NCBI GenBank assembly: GCA_902510965.1
Contig: CABXDM010000003.1
Span: 1 to 61,974, forward strand
Source of the DNA: an uncultured Candidatus Actinomarina sp.
GTDB taxonomy: Bacteria; Actinomycetota; Acidimicrobiia; Actinomarinales; Actinomarinaceae
Reading direction: 5' to 3'
Length of the DNA: 61,974 nucleotides
This document shows, piece after piece, positions 1 to 11,291 of the stretch. The position numbers and the translations under genes were made by a program. Within the stretch, counting starts at the first letter, position 1. Each line of letters begins with the position of its first letter. The notes under the pieces are model-generated. The model was not told where the DNA came from. It searched no databases and saw only the letters and a program-made list of their open reading frames with translations.

Positions 1-1
1 A

Positions 2-463
2 GCTGGAGAATGTGATCTTGTAACTACAGATGGTTCCGGTCTTGTTGGTAACAGAGCTAAAGAGGATAAGATGAATGACTGGGCAATTTTCCCAGCTACA
101 CCAATCTCTAAAGAACCTCTTGGACCTGTTTATCGTTCAAACGATAGCCAATGGGCAGACATTGTTAACTGGACAGTATATGCTACATTCATCGCTGATG
201 AATATGGTGTAACACGTGCAAACGTCGATTCATTTGACTATGAGGCTAATCCAGAAATGGGACGTCTTACAGGAAAAAATGATGGCGAACTTCAAACAAG
301 CATGGGCTTAAGTGCAGATGCTTACTATAACGTTATCAAGCAAGTTGGTAACTACGACGAGATTTATTCAAAGAACTTAAATCCAGTCGGACTTTATAGA
401 GAAGGTTCAGCTAACGCACCTTGGACAGATGGCGGATTAATTTACGCACCACCTGCAAGGTAA
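2..463 (+). CDS. aapJ: Amino-acid ABC transporter substrate-binding protein (AapJ/BztA family), 5'-truncated by window edge
   Basis: Frame open from base 2 (AGECDLVTTDGSGL...). Contains EPLGP, WADIVNW, VGNYDEIY and the C-terminal GGLIYAPP motif. Followed by permease and ATPase genes. Confidence 0.9.
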   Translation, partial: AGECDLVTTDGSGLVGNRAKEDKMNDWAIFPATPISKEPLGPVYRSNDSQWADIVNWTVYATFIADEYGVTRANVDSFDYEANPEMGRLTGKNDGELQTSMGLSADAYYNVIKQVGNYDEIYSKNLNPVGLYREGSANAPWTDGGLIYAPPAR

Positions 464-477
464 AAACTTAAATGTTT

Positions 478-508
478 TAAAAAAGGGGTCTCAGGACCCC
501 TTTTTTTT
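478..508 (+). terminator. Intrinsic terminator / intercistronic stem-loop after the binding-protein gene
   Basis: AAAAGGGGTC-TCAG-GACCCCTTTT hairpin followed by a T run. Confidence 0.85.
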
Positions 509-582
509 ATTCTTTGAAAACTGCCTAGAAATGTAGTTACTCGGGTGCTATCCTTTTCTAATACTGATGACTGAAAAAAAAT

Positions 583-2121
583 ATGAAATTTAACAAAGCT
601 TTTTGGAGAGATGTACGATTCCTTAAATGGGCAGGACAAATTGCCTTCTTGCTCTTTATTTTTAACTTAATTAGTAATTTTGTATCTCAAGCAATTGAAA
701 ACCTAAATGCAACTAATTTGCCCTTTTCTTGGAGATTTCTTGGTACCACTCCCGGCGTTCTTATTTCCGAAGGCTTCGTCACATACCCTGAGTCAGGTTT
801 ACAGGCTCTACAGGTTGGAATGGCTAATATGTTACGTATTGCTATATCCGGTATTTTTGTAGCAACCATACTTGGAACAGTAATTGGTGTTGCACGACTT
901 TCTAAAAACTGGGTCGTACAAAGATCGTCTTCAGGGCTTGTAGAAACAGTCAGAAATATACCTTTGTTAGTCCAGATATTTTTTTGGCAAGCTGTCATTT
1001 TATCTTTCCCAAGACCAGAAGAGATTGACCGTGGAGAAATGATATTTGATATTAGTGCAAAGGGTATTGCTTTTCCTTGGCTAGATGCTCAGGAAACTAG
1101 CTGGCTATTTGGTGTTTGGTTTATTTTATCCTTTATTGCAGCTAGGAGAATTTTTAAATGGAGAGTTTCCGTAATGGAGTCTGAAGGAAGAGAAGCTTAT
1201 CCAGGCATAGCCTCATTTATAACGTTTATTGCATGGAACGTTGGAGGGTGGTTTGGTGGTTATAAAGCTGTAGGAGTTATAGGATTTGTGGCATCACTGT
1301 TGTCCGATGGTTTTGAATTATTACCCAGAATTGGAATACAGTCACTAATAATATTTATTGGCTTTTATTATTCATATAAATATATTTCAAAGGAAATTAA
1401 GAGAACTAGAAGTGCAGAAAATAGAGGAATTCTTACAGATGATGACATTTTTAAAATCATCATGGCGGGCTTACTAGTTCTAATCCTTGCGATAGGTCTA
1501 TTCCTACCTTTCGGTATTACAATTTCAGATTTTCTTGTAGGAGATGAACCTTTCTTTAAAGCAGATTGGGGAATACCTCAATTTCTAGATGGTGTTCAAA
1601 ATAGACTTAACTGGGAACTTACTGGAGAACCATTTACGTTAAGCTATCCAGAAATAATACAAGCTGGACAATCAAAATTTAGTAGATATTCACCCGATGT
1701 AGGAAAAGTGATGAGCGTAGGCTATTTTGCAACCTGGATGGGTGTAATTATCTATACTTCAGTTTTTATTTCAGAAGTTGTAAGATCTGGAATCATGGCA
1801 GTTGCAAAAGGGCAATCAGAAGCTGGATTATCATTGGGTTTAAAAAGAAGCACACTTCTAAGGTTAATAGTATTACCTCAGGCACTCAGGATTATGTTGC
1901 CACCAATGGGAAATCAATATCTCAATCTAGCTAAGAATACATCATTAGGAATTGCTGTAGCATTTCCTGAAATTGTTGCTGTAGGGCAAACGATATATAA
2001 TCAAGAAGGTCAAACAGTGGCTGTTTTCTTAATATGGATGGCATTCTATTCAACCGTAAGTCTTGTCTTATCCTCAATAATTAATTATTACAATAGAAAA
2101 ATGAAGATGGTGGAAAGGTAA
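583..2121 (+). CDS. aapQ: Amino-acid ABC transporter permease (AapQ/BztB family), enlarged
   Basis: ETVRNIPLLVQIFFW and the EAA motif SEVVRSGIMAVAKGQSEAGLSLGL; many hydrophobic segments. Confidence 0.88.
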   Translation: MKFNKAFWRDVRFLKWAGQIAFLLFIFNLISNFVSQAIENLNATNLPFSWRFLGTTPGVLISEGFVTYPESGLQALQVGMANMLRIAISGIFVATILGTVIGVARLSKNWVVQRSSSGLVETVRNIPLLVQIFFWQAVILSFPRPEEIDRGEMIFDISAKGIAFPWLDAQETSWLFGVWFILSFIAARRIFKWRVSVMESEGREAYPGIASFITFIAWNVGGWFGGYKAVGVIGFVASLLSDGFELLPRIGIQSLIIFIGFYYSYKYISKEIKRTRSAENRGILTDDDIFKIIMAGLLVLILAIGLFLPFGITISDFLVGDEPFFKADWGIPQFLDGVQNRLNWELTGEPFTLSYPEIIQAGQSKFSRYSPDVGKVMSVGYFATWMGVIIYTSVFISEVVRSGIMAVAKGQSEAGLSLGLKRSTLLRLIVLPQALRIMLPPMGNQYLNLAKNTSLGIAVAFPEIVAVGQTIYNQEGQTVAVFLIWMAFYSTVSLVLSSIINYYNRKMKMVER

Positions 2122-3945
2122 TGCAAGATAACAAAACACTAGAAAGTCCACCAGAAGTACAGTTTGCTGGAGTATCAAGATGGCTTAAAGAAAATTTATT
2201 TTCAAGCCTAAGCTCCTCTATTTTGACTGTACTTTCCATCGCTGCTGTAGTGAGTGTATTTCGAGCGATAATTGGATTTTTCATCTCTCCAGAGAGAGAG
2301 TGGACTGCAGTTACTTATAATTTACAATTATATATGGTGCAGGCGTATCCAGAATCAGACTTTATAAGGGTATGGATAACTGTTGGATTATTAATATTTT
2401 TATTAGGACTTAGTTGGGGGTTCAACTCTCTCAAAGAAAAAGTAATAATAAAAGAATGGTGTGACGGATTACTAAAAGGGATAAGTAGCTTCCTGTTCAT
2501 TGTTTTAATTGCACCGACTTCCGTAGATGTTGAGGGAACTACCGTTGAAGTCTTTAGCAACAATACTAGATATATTTGTCTTGCTGTTGGTGTTGGTTTA
2601 ATTCTTACCGTGTATTTATTAAGAAAAACCTATCCAAAAAATGAGATTGTAAGAGACAGAATTAGCTTTTTATACTTATCTTTGCTTGTTGGTTCGATTT
2701 GGATCATAAAAGTTCCAACTGTAACTTTTACATCATCAAACGAAAGAGTAGATCCAGACCCATTCCTACCGTTAGCCAACACAACAACCATTCCTTGGAC
2801 AATTATTTTTGGCTTTATGATTTTTGCATACCTAATAGGAAGCTTCTTAAAAGCAAAAGGTAAAAATTCTATGAGTAGATTAATTCTTTCCTCATGGGTT
2901 CTTGCTCCATTAGTGATAGTGTCTTGGATATATAGAAAACCAGATTTTGGAATGTCAAACATCCTAACACTAGATATACCTATTGCAGTGACATTCTCAA
3001 TACTGGGTATTCTTGCAATAAGGACGTTAAATAGTGAGAAAATAGTTCCCTATCAAAGATATATCACTTATGGAATGTTGGTTCTATCAATAGTGATATT
3101 CTTTTTACCAGTACTAAGACAATTAAAAATATTATTTTTCATTACATGGCTTTTAGTTTCTGTAGCTCCAACAATTGCTAACTCCAAAGAGTCGGCAAAA
3201 AATCTTTCTATTGTATGGAGCGTAACAGTCTTTATTCTCGTACTGCTGATGAGAGGAGCATCATCTGAATCCTTAATAGTAGTTCCTGGATCTTCAATCT
3301 ATGGTGGATTTACACTAACTTGGTTAATAGCATTTTTTGGAATTGCTATCTCTTTTCCTTTTGGAGTTATTTTAGCTCTAGGAAGAACTTCCAAACTTCC
3401 AGTGATAAGAATAATCTGTACTGCAGTAATTGAATTAGTAAGATCCGTTCCGTTCATTACGTGGCTATTTTTTTGGAAGCGTTATGCTCACACTCTTTCT
3501 ACCTAAAGGAGTAGAGTTTGATGAAGTGTTAAGAGCAATAGTTGTTACTGCTATCTTTAGCTCAGCTTACTTAGCGGAGAATGTGAGAGGTGGACTACAG
3601 TCGATAAGTAATGGTCAATTTGAAGCAGCCGATGCTGTGGGATTAAGCACCCTACAGAGAATTACATTAATAATTATGCCACAAGCATTAAGAGCCGTTA
3701 TCCCTCCAATTGTGAGCCAGGTTATAAGTCTTTTTAAAGATACAAGTTTGGTAGCTATCGTGGGATTATTTGACCTTCTATATATTGGATCTAAAGTTAT
3801 TCCTAACCAATCACAAGGTGCTAACTTTTTAGGAACTATACAGGAGAATATACTTTTTTGTGCAATATTTTACTGGATATTTACATACAGCTTCGCAAGA
3901 AGAAGCATGAAAATTGAGAAACGATTAGGATTAGGAGAGAGATAA
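2121..3945 (+). pseudogene. aapM: Amino-acid ABC transporter permease (AapM/BztC family) split by a +1 frameshift at a T7 run (3468-3474); may be a sequencing error
   Basis: Removing one T joins ORFs 2121..3506 and 3484..3945 into RSVPFITWLFFGSVMLTLFLP, matching the AapM segment. The EAA motif AENVRGGLQSISNGQFEAA is in the second piece. Confidence 0.85.
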
Positions 3946-3947
3946 TT

Positions 3948-4676
3948 ATGAGCATAATCAAATCAGTTGACGTTAAAAAATGGTACGGTGACTTTCAAGC
4001 GCTTAAAGGTATAAGCATGGATGTTGCTGAGGGAGAAGTTTTAGTCATTGCAGGACCTTCAGGCTCGGGTAAGTCAACTTTCATAAGGTGCATAAACAGA
4101 CTCGAACAACATCAAGATGGGCAGATATTCGTTGATGGTATTGAGTTAACGAATGACTTAAAAAACATAGAAGCTATTCGTTCAGAGGTAGGAATGGTAT
4201 TTCAGAGTTTTAACTTATTCCCACACCTAACTGTTTTACAAAACATAACGCTTGCTCCTATTTGGGTAAGAAAAAAGAGCAAAACTGAAGCTGAAGAAAA
4301 AGCTATGGAATTACTCGAACGTGTGGGAATTCCAGAACAAGCAGATAAGTTTCCAGGACAACTTTCAGGTGGACAGCAACAACGAGTAGCTATAGCAAGA
4401 GCTTTAGCTATGGAACCAAAGATAATGTTGTTCGATGAACCAACATCAGCTTTAGATCCTGAGATGATTAAAGAAGTATTAGATGTTATGAAAGAATTGG
4501 CTAAATCAGGTATGACAATGATTGTTGTTACTCATGAAATGGGTTTCGCAAAAGAGGTTGCTGATAGAGTAATGCTTTTTGATGACGGTCAGCTTGTTGA
4601 AGAGAACACACCAGAAGAGTTTTTCAACAATCCAAAGAGTGATAGAACAAAGCTATTCTTGAGCCAGATTCTTTAA
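3948..4676 (+). CDS. aapP: Polar amino-acid ABC transporter ATP-binding protein
   Basis: Walker [22 protein letters not shown], Walker [21 protein letters not shown]. Confidence 0.95.
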   Translation: MSIIKSVDVKKWYGDFQALKGISMDVAEGEVLVIAGPSGSGKSTFIRCINRLEQHQDGQIFVDGIELTNDLKNIEAIRSEVGMVFQSFNLFPHLTVLQNITLAPIWVRKKSKTEAEEKAMELLERVGIPEQADKFPGQLSGGQQQRVAIARALAMEPKIMLFDEPTSALDPEMIKEVLDVMKELAKSGMTMIVVTHEMGFAKEVADRVMLFDDGQLVEENTPEEFFNNPKSDRTKLFLSQIL

Positions 4677-5815
4677 AGCTCACTCCAAAGATTTTTTTCA
4701 GCTAAATCAATAATTGTTGAACCCATTGCATATGCACCATCATATATTGCTTTATGCCCTCCTGGGGTTAACGTAGCGGCTGCATACTCAGGTTGGTGAT
4801 TAACAGCATCACCAGAATCTATTGATAGCATAGGATGGATAGAAGGCATCGCTAAAGATACATTCCCCATATCCGTTGATCCAAGTCCCGGTCTAGACGC
4901 CTCGCTTTGTAAGATCATCTTTCTATCAACTGATAAAGAGTTTTCCTTGTACAGATCATACATGGTTTTATTATTATCAATTTCCGTATACCTATAATCT
5001 GGTGACTCTATCTTCACTTCACACTTTGTAGACATCGCAGCTGCATTTACAAAGTTTTTAAAATCACTTTCGATTTTTAATAAATCACCTTCATTTAATG
5101 CTCTAAGATACCATTCTGAACTTGTATATGAGGGGATAATATTTGGCTTAAAGCCCCCGTTAGTAATCACACCATGCATTCTATTTGTTGACACCATTTG
5201 TTGCCTGTAGGTTGATGCATTGACAAAAAGTTGGATTTGAGCATCTAGTGCATTTATACCCTGCTCCGGTGCTCCCGCAGCATGAGCATCTTTACCAAAA
5301 AATTCAACTTTGTATTGTTGTATTGTTGTAAAAGTGGGGTTAACAACATCTTCAACTCCTGGATGGATCATCATAGAACATACAGCATCTTCAAAATTTC
5401 CATTTTCTAAGAGTATAATTTTTCCTCCACCTCCTTCTTCTGCAGGTGTACCAAGTAATTTAACTCTGATACCTAACTCATCTACAAGTCCTTTAATAGC
5501 TAGACCAGCACCAATTGATGCAGTTGCAATTATATTATGACCACATGCATGACCAATTTCGGGTAAAGCATCATACTCAACACAGAGAACGATAAGAGGC
5601 CCTTCATTGCCATATGTAACCTCAAAAGCAGTATCAAGACCTCCAGTAGGGTAGGCAACCTTTTCATCGAAAGATTCAATAAACTTAACTAAATATTCTG
5701 AGGTTTTAAACTCTTTGAATCCGAGTTCAGGATTTTCGTACATCCAGTCGCTAACTTCTGTAAGTTGTTTATGTATGGAATCTAGATTTTTTTTAAAGGT
5801 ATTTTTTATTGTCAT
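4673..5815 (-). CDS. M20 family amidohydrolase (PM20D2/AbgB-like)
   Basis: [40 protein letters not shown]. Confidence 0.9.
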   Translation of the reverse strand: MTIKNTFKKNLDSIHKQLTEVSDWMYENPELGFKEFKTSEYLVKFIESFDEKVAYPTGGLDTAFEVTYGNEGPLIVLCVEYDALPEIGHACGHNIIATASIGAGLAIKGLVDELGIRVKLLGTPAEEGGGGKIILLENGNFEDAVCSMMIHPGVEDVVNPTFTTIQQYKVEFFGKDAHAAGAPEQGINALDAQIQLFVNASTYRQQMVSTNRMHGVITNGGFKPNIIPSYTSSEWYLRALNEGDLLKIESDFKNFVNAAAMSTKCEVKIESPDYRYTEIDNNKTMYDLYKENSLSVDRKMILQSEASRPGLGSTDMGNVSLAMPSIHPMLSIDSGDAVNHQPEYAAATLTPGGHKAIYDGAYAMGSTIIDLAEKNLWSEL

Positions 5816-7098
5816 TCACTTAGTTTAGTAAATGAATCTAATTCATACACGGATAATATGTTCCAAATCAACCAGTCCATCTCCAGGTCTGAAGCAGCTT
5901 TAATATTGTTTCTTATATCTTCGTTACTATGCCAAAAACCCTGCAAGAATGGCCTAATTTTATCCTTGTCCACACCCCTATCCAAAGCATCTGTTAGAGC
6001 AGCGGTTATTACTTCATAAGGATGCTTATTAGGGTTCTGATAACCAAAAGAACCATTTGTATAGTGCGATGGGTAGACCATTGGAGATATAAAATCTACA
6101 TTTTCAACAATAGTTTCAAGATTCTGACCAATTCCGCCGTCCTGTTTATTCGTAAGAATAAAACCAAAAGTATCTGCTGAAAGTAAACAACCCTCACTAT
6201 GGAGAAGTTGCCTAGATTTTGAGAGAAAAGAATTTATATTATTAACTCTGTTTTCAAAATCATTTTTAGTATCAAATTGCATAAATTTACTACTTGAATC
6301 TGGGTATCTGATGTAATCATATTGTATTTCGTCAAAACCAAGTCTGCAGGATTCTATTGCAATATTGATAATGTAATCTTGAGCCTTTTTGCTTGAGGGG
6401 TCTAAAAAGAATTGTCCATTTTGCGAATATGGTTTATTTAATCGTGAGTCAAATACTGCTTCATCTGGAAATACTTTTGCAAATAAAGGATCTTGAAAAA
6501 CAACTAATCGACCAACTAAATAAATGTCTTTAATTTCTCTAAGTTCTTGCAGGTCATTTTTAGTAAATTTAACTCGTTCATTATTTAAATATATAATTTC
6601 ATCTATTTCAGTATCAAAAAGTATATGACCATTGTCGGTCTTCACATCAATTACAAGTGTGTTTACATCAGTGTTGGTCAAAATCTTTTCTATACTCTCT
6701 CTTTTACTAGGGTTGTTAAATAAATATCCATTTAAGTAGATCCCTCTAATCTGATCATTCTCTTTTTTAAATTTATTAATTTTCATAGATGCGTATATTG
6801 TTGCATTTTTTAGAGCTATTTCCTGCAACTGAACTTCTATATCACTAAAAAGAATTTCACTATATGCATTTAGATTTGATGACAATAAAGACATATCATA
6901 ATTTTCCATAACGTGCTTAATTGTTTTTATATGATCTTTTTGAGAGAGTACATAGATTGTTGTCTCTGTAGTCTTTAATTGAGAAATTGCTACTTCTTCA
7001 TTTTCCATTTCTTCACTCAATTTCTGAGGATGTAAAAAAATTATTAAGAATAACATAATTGCAGTAACTAAAAATATATTAAACAATATTTTCCTCAT
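5812..7098 (-). CDS. Putative glycoside hydrolase (DUF4015-like TIM barrel) with N-terminal membrane anchor
   Basis: RGIYL, VIDVKTDNG, GRLVVFQD, GFDEIQYDYIRYP, DFISPMVYPSHY, RPFLQGF. Confidence 0.75.
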   Translation of the reverse strand: MRKILFNIFLVTAIMLFLIIFLHPQKLSEEMENEEVAISQLKTTETTIYVLSQKDHIKTIKHVMENYDMSLLSSNLNAYSEILFSDIEVQLQEIALKNATIYASMKINKFKKENDQIRGIYLNGYLFNNPSKRESIEKILTNTDVNTLVIDVKTDNGHILFDTEIDEIIYLNNERVKFTKNDLQELREIKDIYLVGRLVVFQDPLFAKVFPDEAVFDSRLNKPYSQNGQFFLDPSSKKAQDYIINIAIESCRLGFDEIQYDYIRYPDSSSKFMQFDTKNDFENRVNNINSFLSKSRQLLHSEGCLLSADTFGFILTNKQDGGIGQNLETIVENVDFISPMVYPSHYTNGSFGYQNPNKHPYEVITAALTDALDRGVDKDKIRPFLQGFWHSNEDIRNNIKAASDLEMDWLIWNILSVYELDSFTKLSE

Positions 7099-7160
7099 GT
7101 AATCAATTTAAATAGAACAGTTTCTTATTAAAAGCTTTTAAATTAGTTTTATAATGCTTT

Positions 7161-7910
7161 ATGTCGAATAGTTCATTCCAAAAAGCAGAAAAGTTTTTCG
7201 AAGTTCCTGTGATGATTTCTGTTTTAATGCTGATACCTGTTCTAGTAATTGAATACACACAACAGACCCTTGAGCCAGTAGCTTTATATTTAAACTGGGG
7301 AATATGGGCTGTTTTTTTAGTTGAGTATGTCGTTTTATTCTATTTTTCTGAAAATAAGATAGATTTCATCAAATCTCACAAAATAGAGTTAATCATTGTT
7401 ATTTTCTCATTTCCAATTGTTCCAGAGGGGTTGGAGTCTTCCGGATTTTTAAGATTTGCTCGACTTCCAAGACTTTTAAATGCCTTAAGATTTTTTAGAC
7501 TGGCAGCTCTATTAAATAGATTTGCGGCAACTGTTAAAGCTATATTTAACTCAAAAGGGTTGAGATTTATTGTTTACGCAACCGTAGCCATTGTCCTATT
7601 CTTTGGTTTTCTTTTTTACATATCAGAACCAGATGTGCAGACCTATAGTGATGGCTTATGGTGGGCTCTTGTGACAATTACCACAGTTGGTTATGGAGAT
7701 ATCACTCCACTCACAAATCTTGGTCGTATTATTGCAAGCGCCTTGATGGTTATGGGCATAGGTTTCATTGCTACGATTACAGCAGCAGTTTCTTCTTATT
7801 TTATTTCAAGCTTTGGAGACAAAGATATGACCATGAACGATTTAGCAAAAAAACTGGATAAACTAGAGGTAGAAATTCAGAATTTAAAAAGGGAAAACAA
7901 TGGCAAATGA
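7161..7910 (+). CDS. Voltage-gated (KvAP-like 6TM) potassium channel
   Basis: Selectivity filter TTVGYGD, Arg-rich S4 (LRFARLPRLLNALRFFR), C-terminal coiled coil. Confidence 0.9.
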   Translation: MSNSSFQKAEKFFEVPVMISVLMLIPVLVIEYTQQTLEPVALYLNWGIWAVFLVEYVVLFYFSENKIDFIKSHKIELIIVIFSFPIVPEGLESSGFLRFARLPRLLNALRFFRLAALLNRFAATVKAIFNSKGLRFIVYATVAIVLFFGFLFYISEPDVQTYSDGLWWALVTITTVGYGDITPLTNLGRIIASALMVMGIGFIATITAAVSSYFISSFGDKDMTMNDLAKKLDKLEVEIQNLKRENNGK

Positions 7911-9591
7911 ACAGTTAGTAAAGTTATCAGATGATTTTTTTCAACACTCTTTAGATTCTTCACCTACTTCAGCAATTATGCGAGGACATAAGAGTTATTT
8001 TGATAAAATTGAAGAACTCACAGAAGAGAAATTTGACCAAGAATCACAATCGGTAAACGAAGCAACAGCTAGATTAACTGCAATTGATTTTGACTCTCTT
8101 ACCGATAGAGAAAAAGTCACGCATGGAATGCTTGAGTTTGCACTTAGCTCACAAAAAGATTCTTTATTAGACAGGGGTTGGGAATTTTCTGCTGGTGTTG
8201 CAGGTTTCACTGGTTTTCTAATTGATTACAATCAGCAAATGTTCGTACCAGACCAAGAATCAGCAGATTTACTTTTAAAAAGATTAGAACTTTACAAGCG
8301 ATTATTTAATCAAATAGCAGATGTTCAGAAATTAGGATTAGATAATAATAGAGTAGCTACCGAAAGAAATATTTTAAGAACTATCGATCAACTAGAAAAC
8401 TACTTAGATACAAGTCTCGAAGCGGATCCATTACTTATGGTTAATTTCGCGCCATCGATTTCAGATTCTGAAGTTTCTATCTGGAAAGATAAAGCAAAGG
8501 GAATTATTGAAACCAATATAAGACCAAGTGTCTTAGCTTATTTAGAACTCTTAAAAACAGAGCATCTTCCAAGAGGTAGGTCTGATGACAAGTCAGGGAT
8601 TATGTGGATTGAAGGAGGAGAAGACACATATTTAAGGAGTCTAAGAAAATTTACAGGACATAAAGACATAACGGTAAAAGAAGTACATGAAGTTGGTATG
8701 TCTGAAATTGAAAGACTAAAAAAAGAGTTTTTTCAGATAGGAAAGGGTGTATTTGATGAAGTCAGTACACCAGAAGATGTCATCCATAAAATGCAAACTG
8801 ACCCATCCATGAGGTATGAAAGTAAAGAACAAATGCTGAAACTCGCTGTTGATACTATAGAGAGGGCCTATAAACCATTAGGAGAATGGTTTACTGTGTT
8901 TCCAAAGTCTCCCTGCAAAGTCCTTCCAGTACCTGCAGAGGCTGAACAACATGCCCCACCTGCTTATTACTATCCACCATTACCTGATGGATCCAGAGAT
9001 GGAACTTACTTTCTAAACACTTATAAAGCTGAAACTAAAAGTATTTTTGAGGCTGAATCTGTTGCTTTCCATGAAGCAATACCGGGACACCATTTGGATA
9101 GGACTATAGCTGTAGAGTTACAAGATGTTCCGAACTTTCAGAGATATGTTGCTTCAACTGCTTTTGTTGAAGGTTGGGGTTTATATTCGGAACAACTAGC
9201 TAATGAAATGGGCCTTTACTCCAATGATGTACAACAACTGGGAAGACTTGGTAACGATGCCTGGAGGGCATGTCGTTTAGTACTAGATACAGGAATGCAT
9301 GGTATGGGCTGGTCTCGAGACAAGGCTGTAGAATTCTTTAGAGCAAATTCACCTATTGAGGAGCTAAATGCGAATGTTGAAACTGACAGGTATATTGCTT
9401 GGCCAGGACAAGCTTGCTCCTATAAGATGGGTCAGTTAAAAATAGAAGAACAAAGAAGAAAAGCGGAAGACGCCCTAGGTGAAAAATTTGACATTAGACA
9501 TTTTCATGATGAAGTTTTATGTGATGGGGGAATAACACTTCCAATTTTAGAAAATAAAATTGACGCTTTTATCACAAAGCATAAAAATTAA
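7900..9591 (+). CDS. DUF885 family protein (putative metallopeptidase)
   Basis: FHEAIPGHH, AFVEGWGLYSE, WRACRLVLDTG, ETDRYIAWPGQACSYKMG. Confidence 0.88.
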   Translation: MANEQLVKLSDDFFQHSLDSSPTSAIMRGHKSYFDKIEELTEEKFDQESQSVNEATARLTAIDFDSLTDREKVTHGMLEFALSSQKDSLLDRGWEFSAGVAGFTGFLIDYNQQMFVPDQESADLLLKRLELYKRLFNQIADVQKLGLDNNRVATERNILRTIDQLENYLDTSLEADPLLMVNFAPSISDSEVSIWKDKAKGIIETNIRPSVLAYLELLKTEHLPRGRSDDKSGIMWIEGGEDTYLRSLRKFTGHKDITVKEVHEVGMSEIERLKKEFFQIGKGVFDEVSTPEDVIHKMQTDPSMRYESKEQMLKLAVDTIERAYKPLGEWFTVFPKSPCKVLPVPAEAEQHAPPAYYYPPLPDGSRDGTYFLNTYKAETKSIFEAESVAFHEAIPGHHLDRTIAVELQDVPNFQRYVASTAFVEGWGLYSEQLANEMGLYSNDVQQLGRLGNDAWRACRLVLDTGMHGMGWSRDKAVEFFRANSPIEELNANVETDRYIAWPGQACSYKMGQLKIEEQRRKAEDALGEKFDIRHFHDEVLCDGGITLPILENKIDAFITKHKN

Positions 9592-9605
9592 ATAAAAAAG
9601 ATAAG

Positions 9606-9821
9606 TTAGTTTTCTTCAGAATAGCTTTTATTAAACATCCAAAGGATTGTGTAAGCCAAAGCAAGGCCGAATACATAAAAATTAAAGTTTGGAAGTTCGT
9701 TAATTTCTAATCCAAAAATACCATCAACTATAGCAATTACAACTCTGAGAAATATTCCAGAAACAATTAACCTACCGAAGCTAAATTTTTTCAAGAGTGA
9801 GATAAAGTTACCAGTGTCCAT
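9606..9821 (-). CDS. Small hypothetical membrane protein (2 TM), possibly last gene of the heat-shock operon
   Basis: 71-aa hydrophobic ORF filling the gap, 8 bp after the hspR stop on the same strand. Confidence 0.55.
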   Translation of the reverse strand: MDTGNFISLLKKFSFGRLIVSGIFLRVVIAIVDGIFGLEINELPNFNFYVFGLALAYTILWMFNKSYSEEN

Positions 9822-9829
9822 TGAGGTTA

Positions 9830-10219
9830 TTATATATTTTTCTTTATCGACTTGTCTGTTTTTTTAACAATTTCGTTCTTGTAGCTTTGGTGAATATCTT
9901 TCTCATTTCTTGAATATTGAATTTTTTCTTGGCTCAATTCATCCTGCAACAAAACAATAGTTTCTTGCAACTCTTCAATTTTATCTCTCATTTCATAAAT
10001 TATTTTTATTCCGTCCAGATTGATTCCTCTTTGAGATAAATCCTGTATCTGAATGAGTTTATCTATATCACTTTGAGAATATCTTCTAGTTCCTCCACCT
10101 GTTCTGTATGGCTTGATGAGACCTTTTTCTTCATAACTTCTTATGGTTTGCTGATGTATGCCAGAAAGTGTAGAAGCTACAGATATAAAATAAATTGCAG
10201 TAGAACTCTCTCTATTCAT
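9830..10219 (-). CDS. hspR: Heat-shock repressor HspR (MerR family)
   Basis: YFISVASTLSGIHQQTIRSYE...RTGGGTRRYS...GINLDGI; follows dnaJ. Start moved to the ATG at 10219, overlapping the dnaJ stop. Confidence 0.9.
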   Translation of the reverse strand: MNRESSTAIYFISVASTLSGIHQQTIRSYEEKGLIKPYRTGGGTRRYSQSDIDKLIQIQDLSQRGINLDGIKIIYEMRDKIEELQETIVLLQDELSQEKIQYSRNEKDIHQSYKNEIVKKTDKSIKKNI

Positions 10220-11291
10220 ATAAATAATCTCTAGGAGTATCTCCAGATTCAAATTGATCCCTGAAGCTTTCCAAATGTTTTTTTGCTGACCTTGAAAGAT
10301 TCTGTGGAGGATTTAAATAAACTTTTACATACAGGTCTCCAGATCTTCTTCCCTGAGGGGTTATCCCTTCACCCTTAACTTTAAAAGTTTTACCGCTCGG
10401 TGTTCCTGAAGGAATTTTTAGTGATATTTGTTTTTCAAGTGTTGGAATTTTAATTGTTGCACCCAATGCAGCTTCTGTGAAAAGAAGAGGAACTTCCAAT
10501 ACTAGGTCACTACCGCTTCTTTTAAAGTATTGATGTGGCTCAACAGCTATTTGGACAAGTAAGTCTCCATCAGGTGCACCATTGTCACCTGTACCCCCAT
10601 ACCCTCGGAGTCTAATAACTGTTCCATTGTCTACACCAGCAGGAATCTTTACTTTGATTGTTTCACTCTTGATTACAACACCTTGTGCTTTACAGGTCTT
10701 ACACTGCTTATCTATAACACTTCCCTGACCTCTACATGCTTGGCATGGCTGTGCAAAAGAGAAGAAACCTTGATTTGAAGCAGTTTGACCTGAGCCTCCA
10801 CAAATATTACATGTATGGTACGCATTTCCATTTTCCGAACCATTCCCTCTGCAGTCTGAACATGAAACTTCTTTCCTTAATGGAACATTTGTTTCTAAAC
10901 CTGAGGCAGATTCTACAAATGAAATAGTTAAATTAGTTTGATAGCTCTGACCTTTCCTTCTTCCAGCTCCACCAAAACCAAAAATATCCCCTAAATTACC
11001 AAATATATCTCCAAGATCTTCTGCATTAAATCCACCACCTTGACCACTAAAAGCAGATGGACCCATGGCTCTTACTTGATCATATTCTTGTCGCTTTTTA
11101 TCATCAGCAAGAACAGAACTAGCTTCAGATATATCTTTAAATCTTTTCTCGGCTTCTGGATCACCTGGATTAAGGTCCGGATGATTTTCTCTAGCAAGTT
11201 TTTTGTAGTTTTTCTTTATTTCATCTATTGATGCATTTTGAGATACACCAAGGACTTTATAAAAATCTTTTTCTAACCAGTCCCTATTCAC
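10212..11291 (-). CDS. dnaJ: Chaperone DnaJ
   Basis: J-domain with HPD motif, G/F region and four CxxCxGxG-type repeats; GTG start. Confidence 0.97.
   Translation of the reverse strand: MNRDWLEKDFYKVLGVSQNASIDEIKKNYKKLARENHPDLNPGDPEAEKRFKDISEASSVLADDKKRQEYDQVRAMGPSAFSGQGGGFNAEDLGDIFGNLGDIFGFGGAGRRKGQSYQTNLTISFVESASGLETNVPLRKEVSCSDCRGNGSENGNAYHTCNICGGSGQTASNQGFFSFAQPCQACRGQGSVIDKQCKTCKAQGVVIKSETIKVKIPAGVDNGTVIRLRGYGGTGDNGAPDGDLLVQIAVEPHQYFKRSGSDLVLEVPLLFTEAALGATIKIPTLEKQISLKIPSGTPSGKTFKVKGEGITPQGRRSGDLYVKVYLNPPQNLSRSAKKHLESFRDQFESGDTPRDYLYE

Noticed and set aside
9830-10252. Longer track starts for hspR, grpE, subunit IV, lgt, pepN, ald and pfkB
   Set aside because: The extensions run into upstream genes or promoters; downstream ATGs with coupling overlaps fit better.
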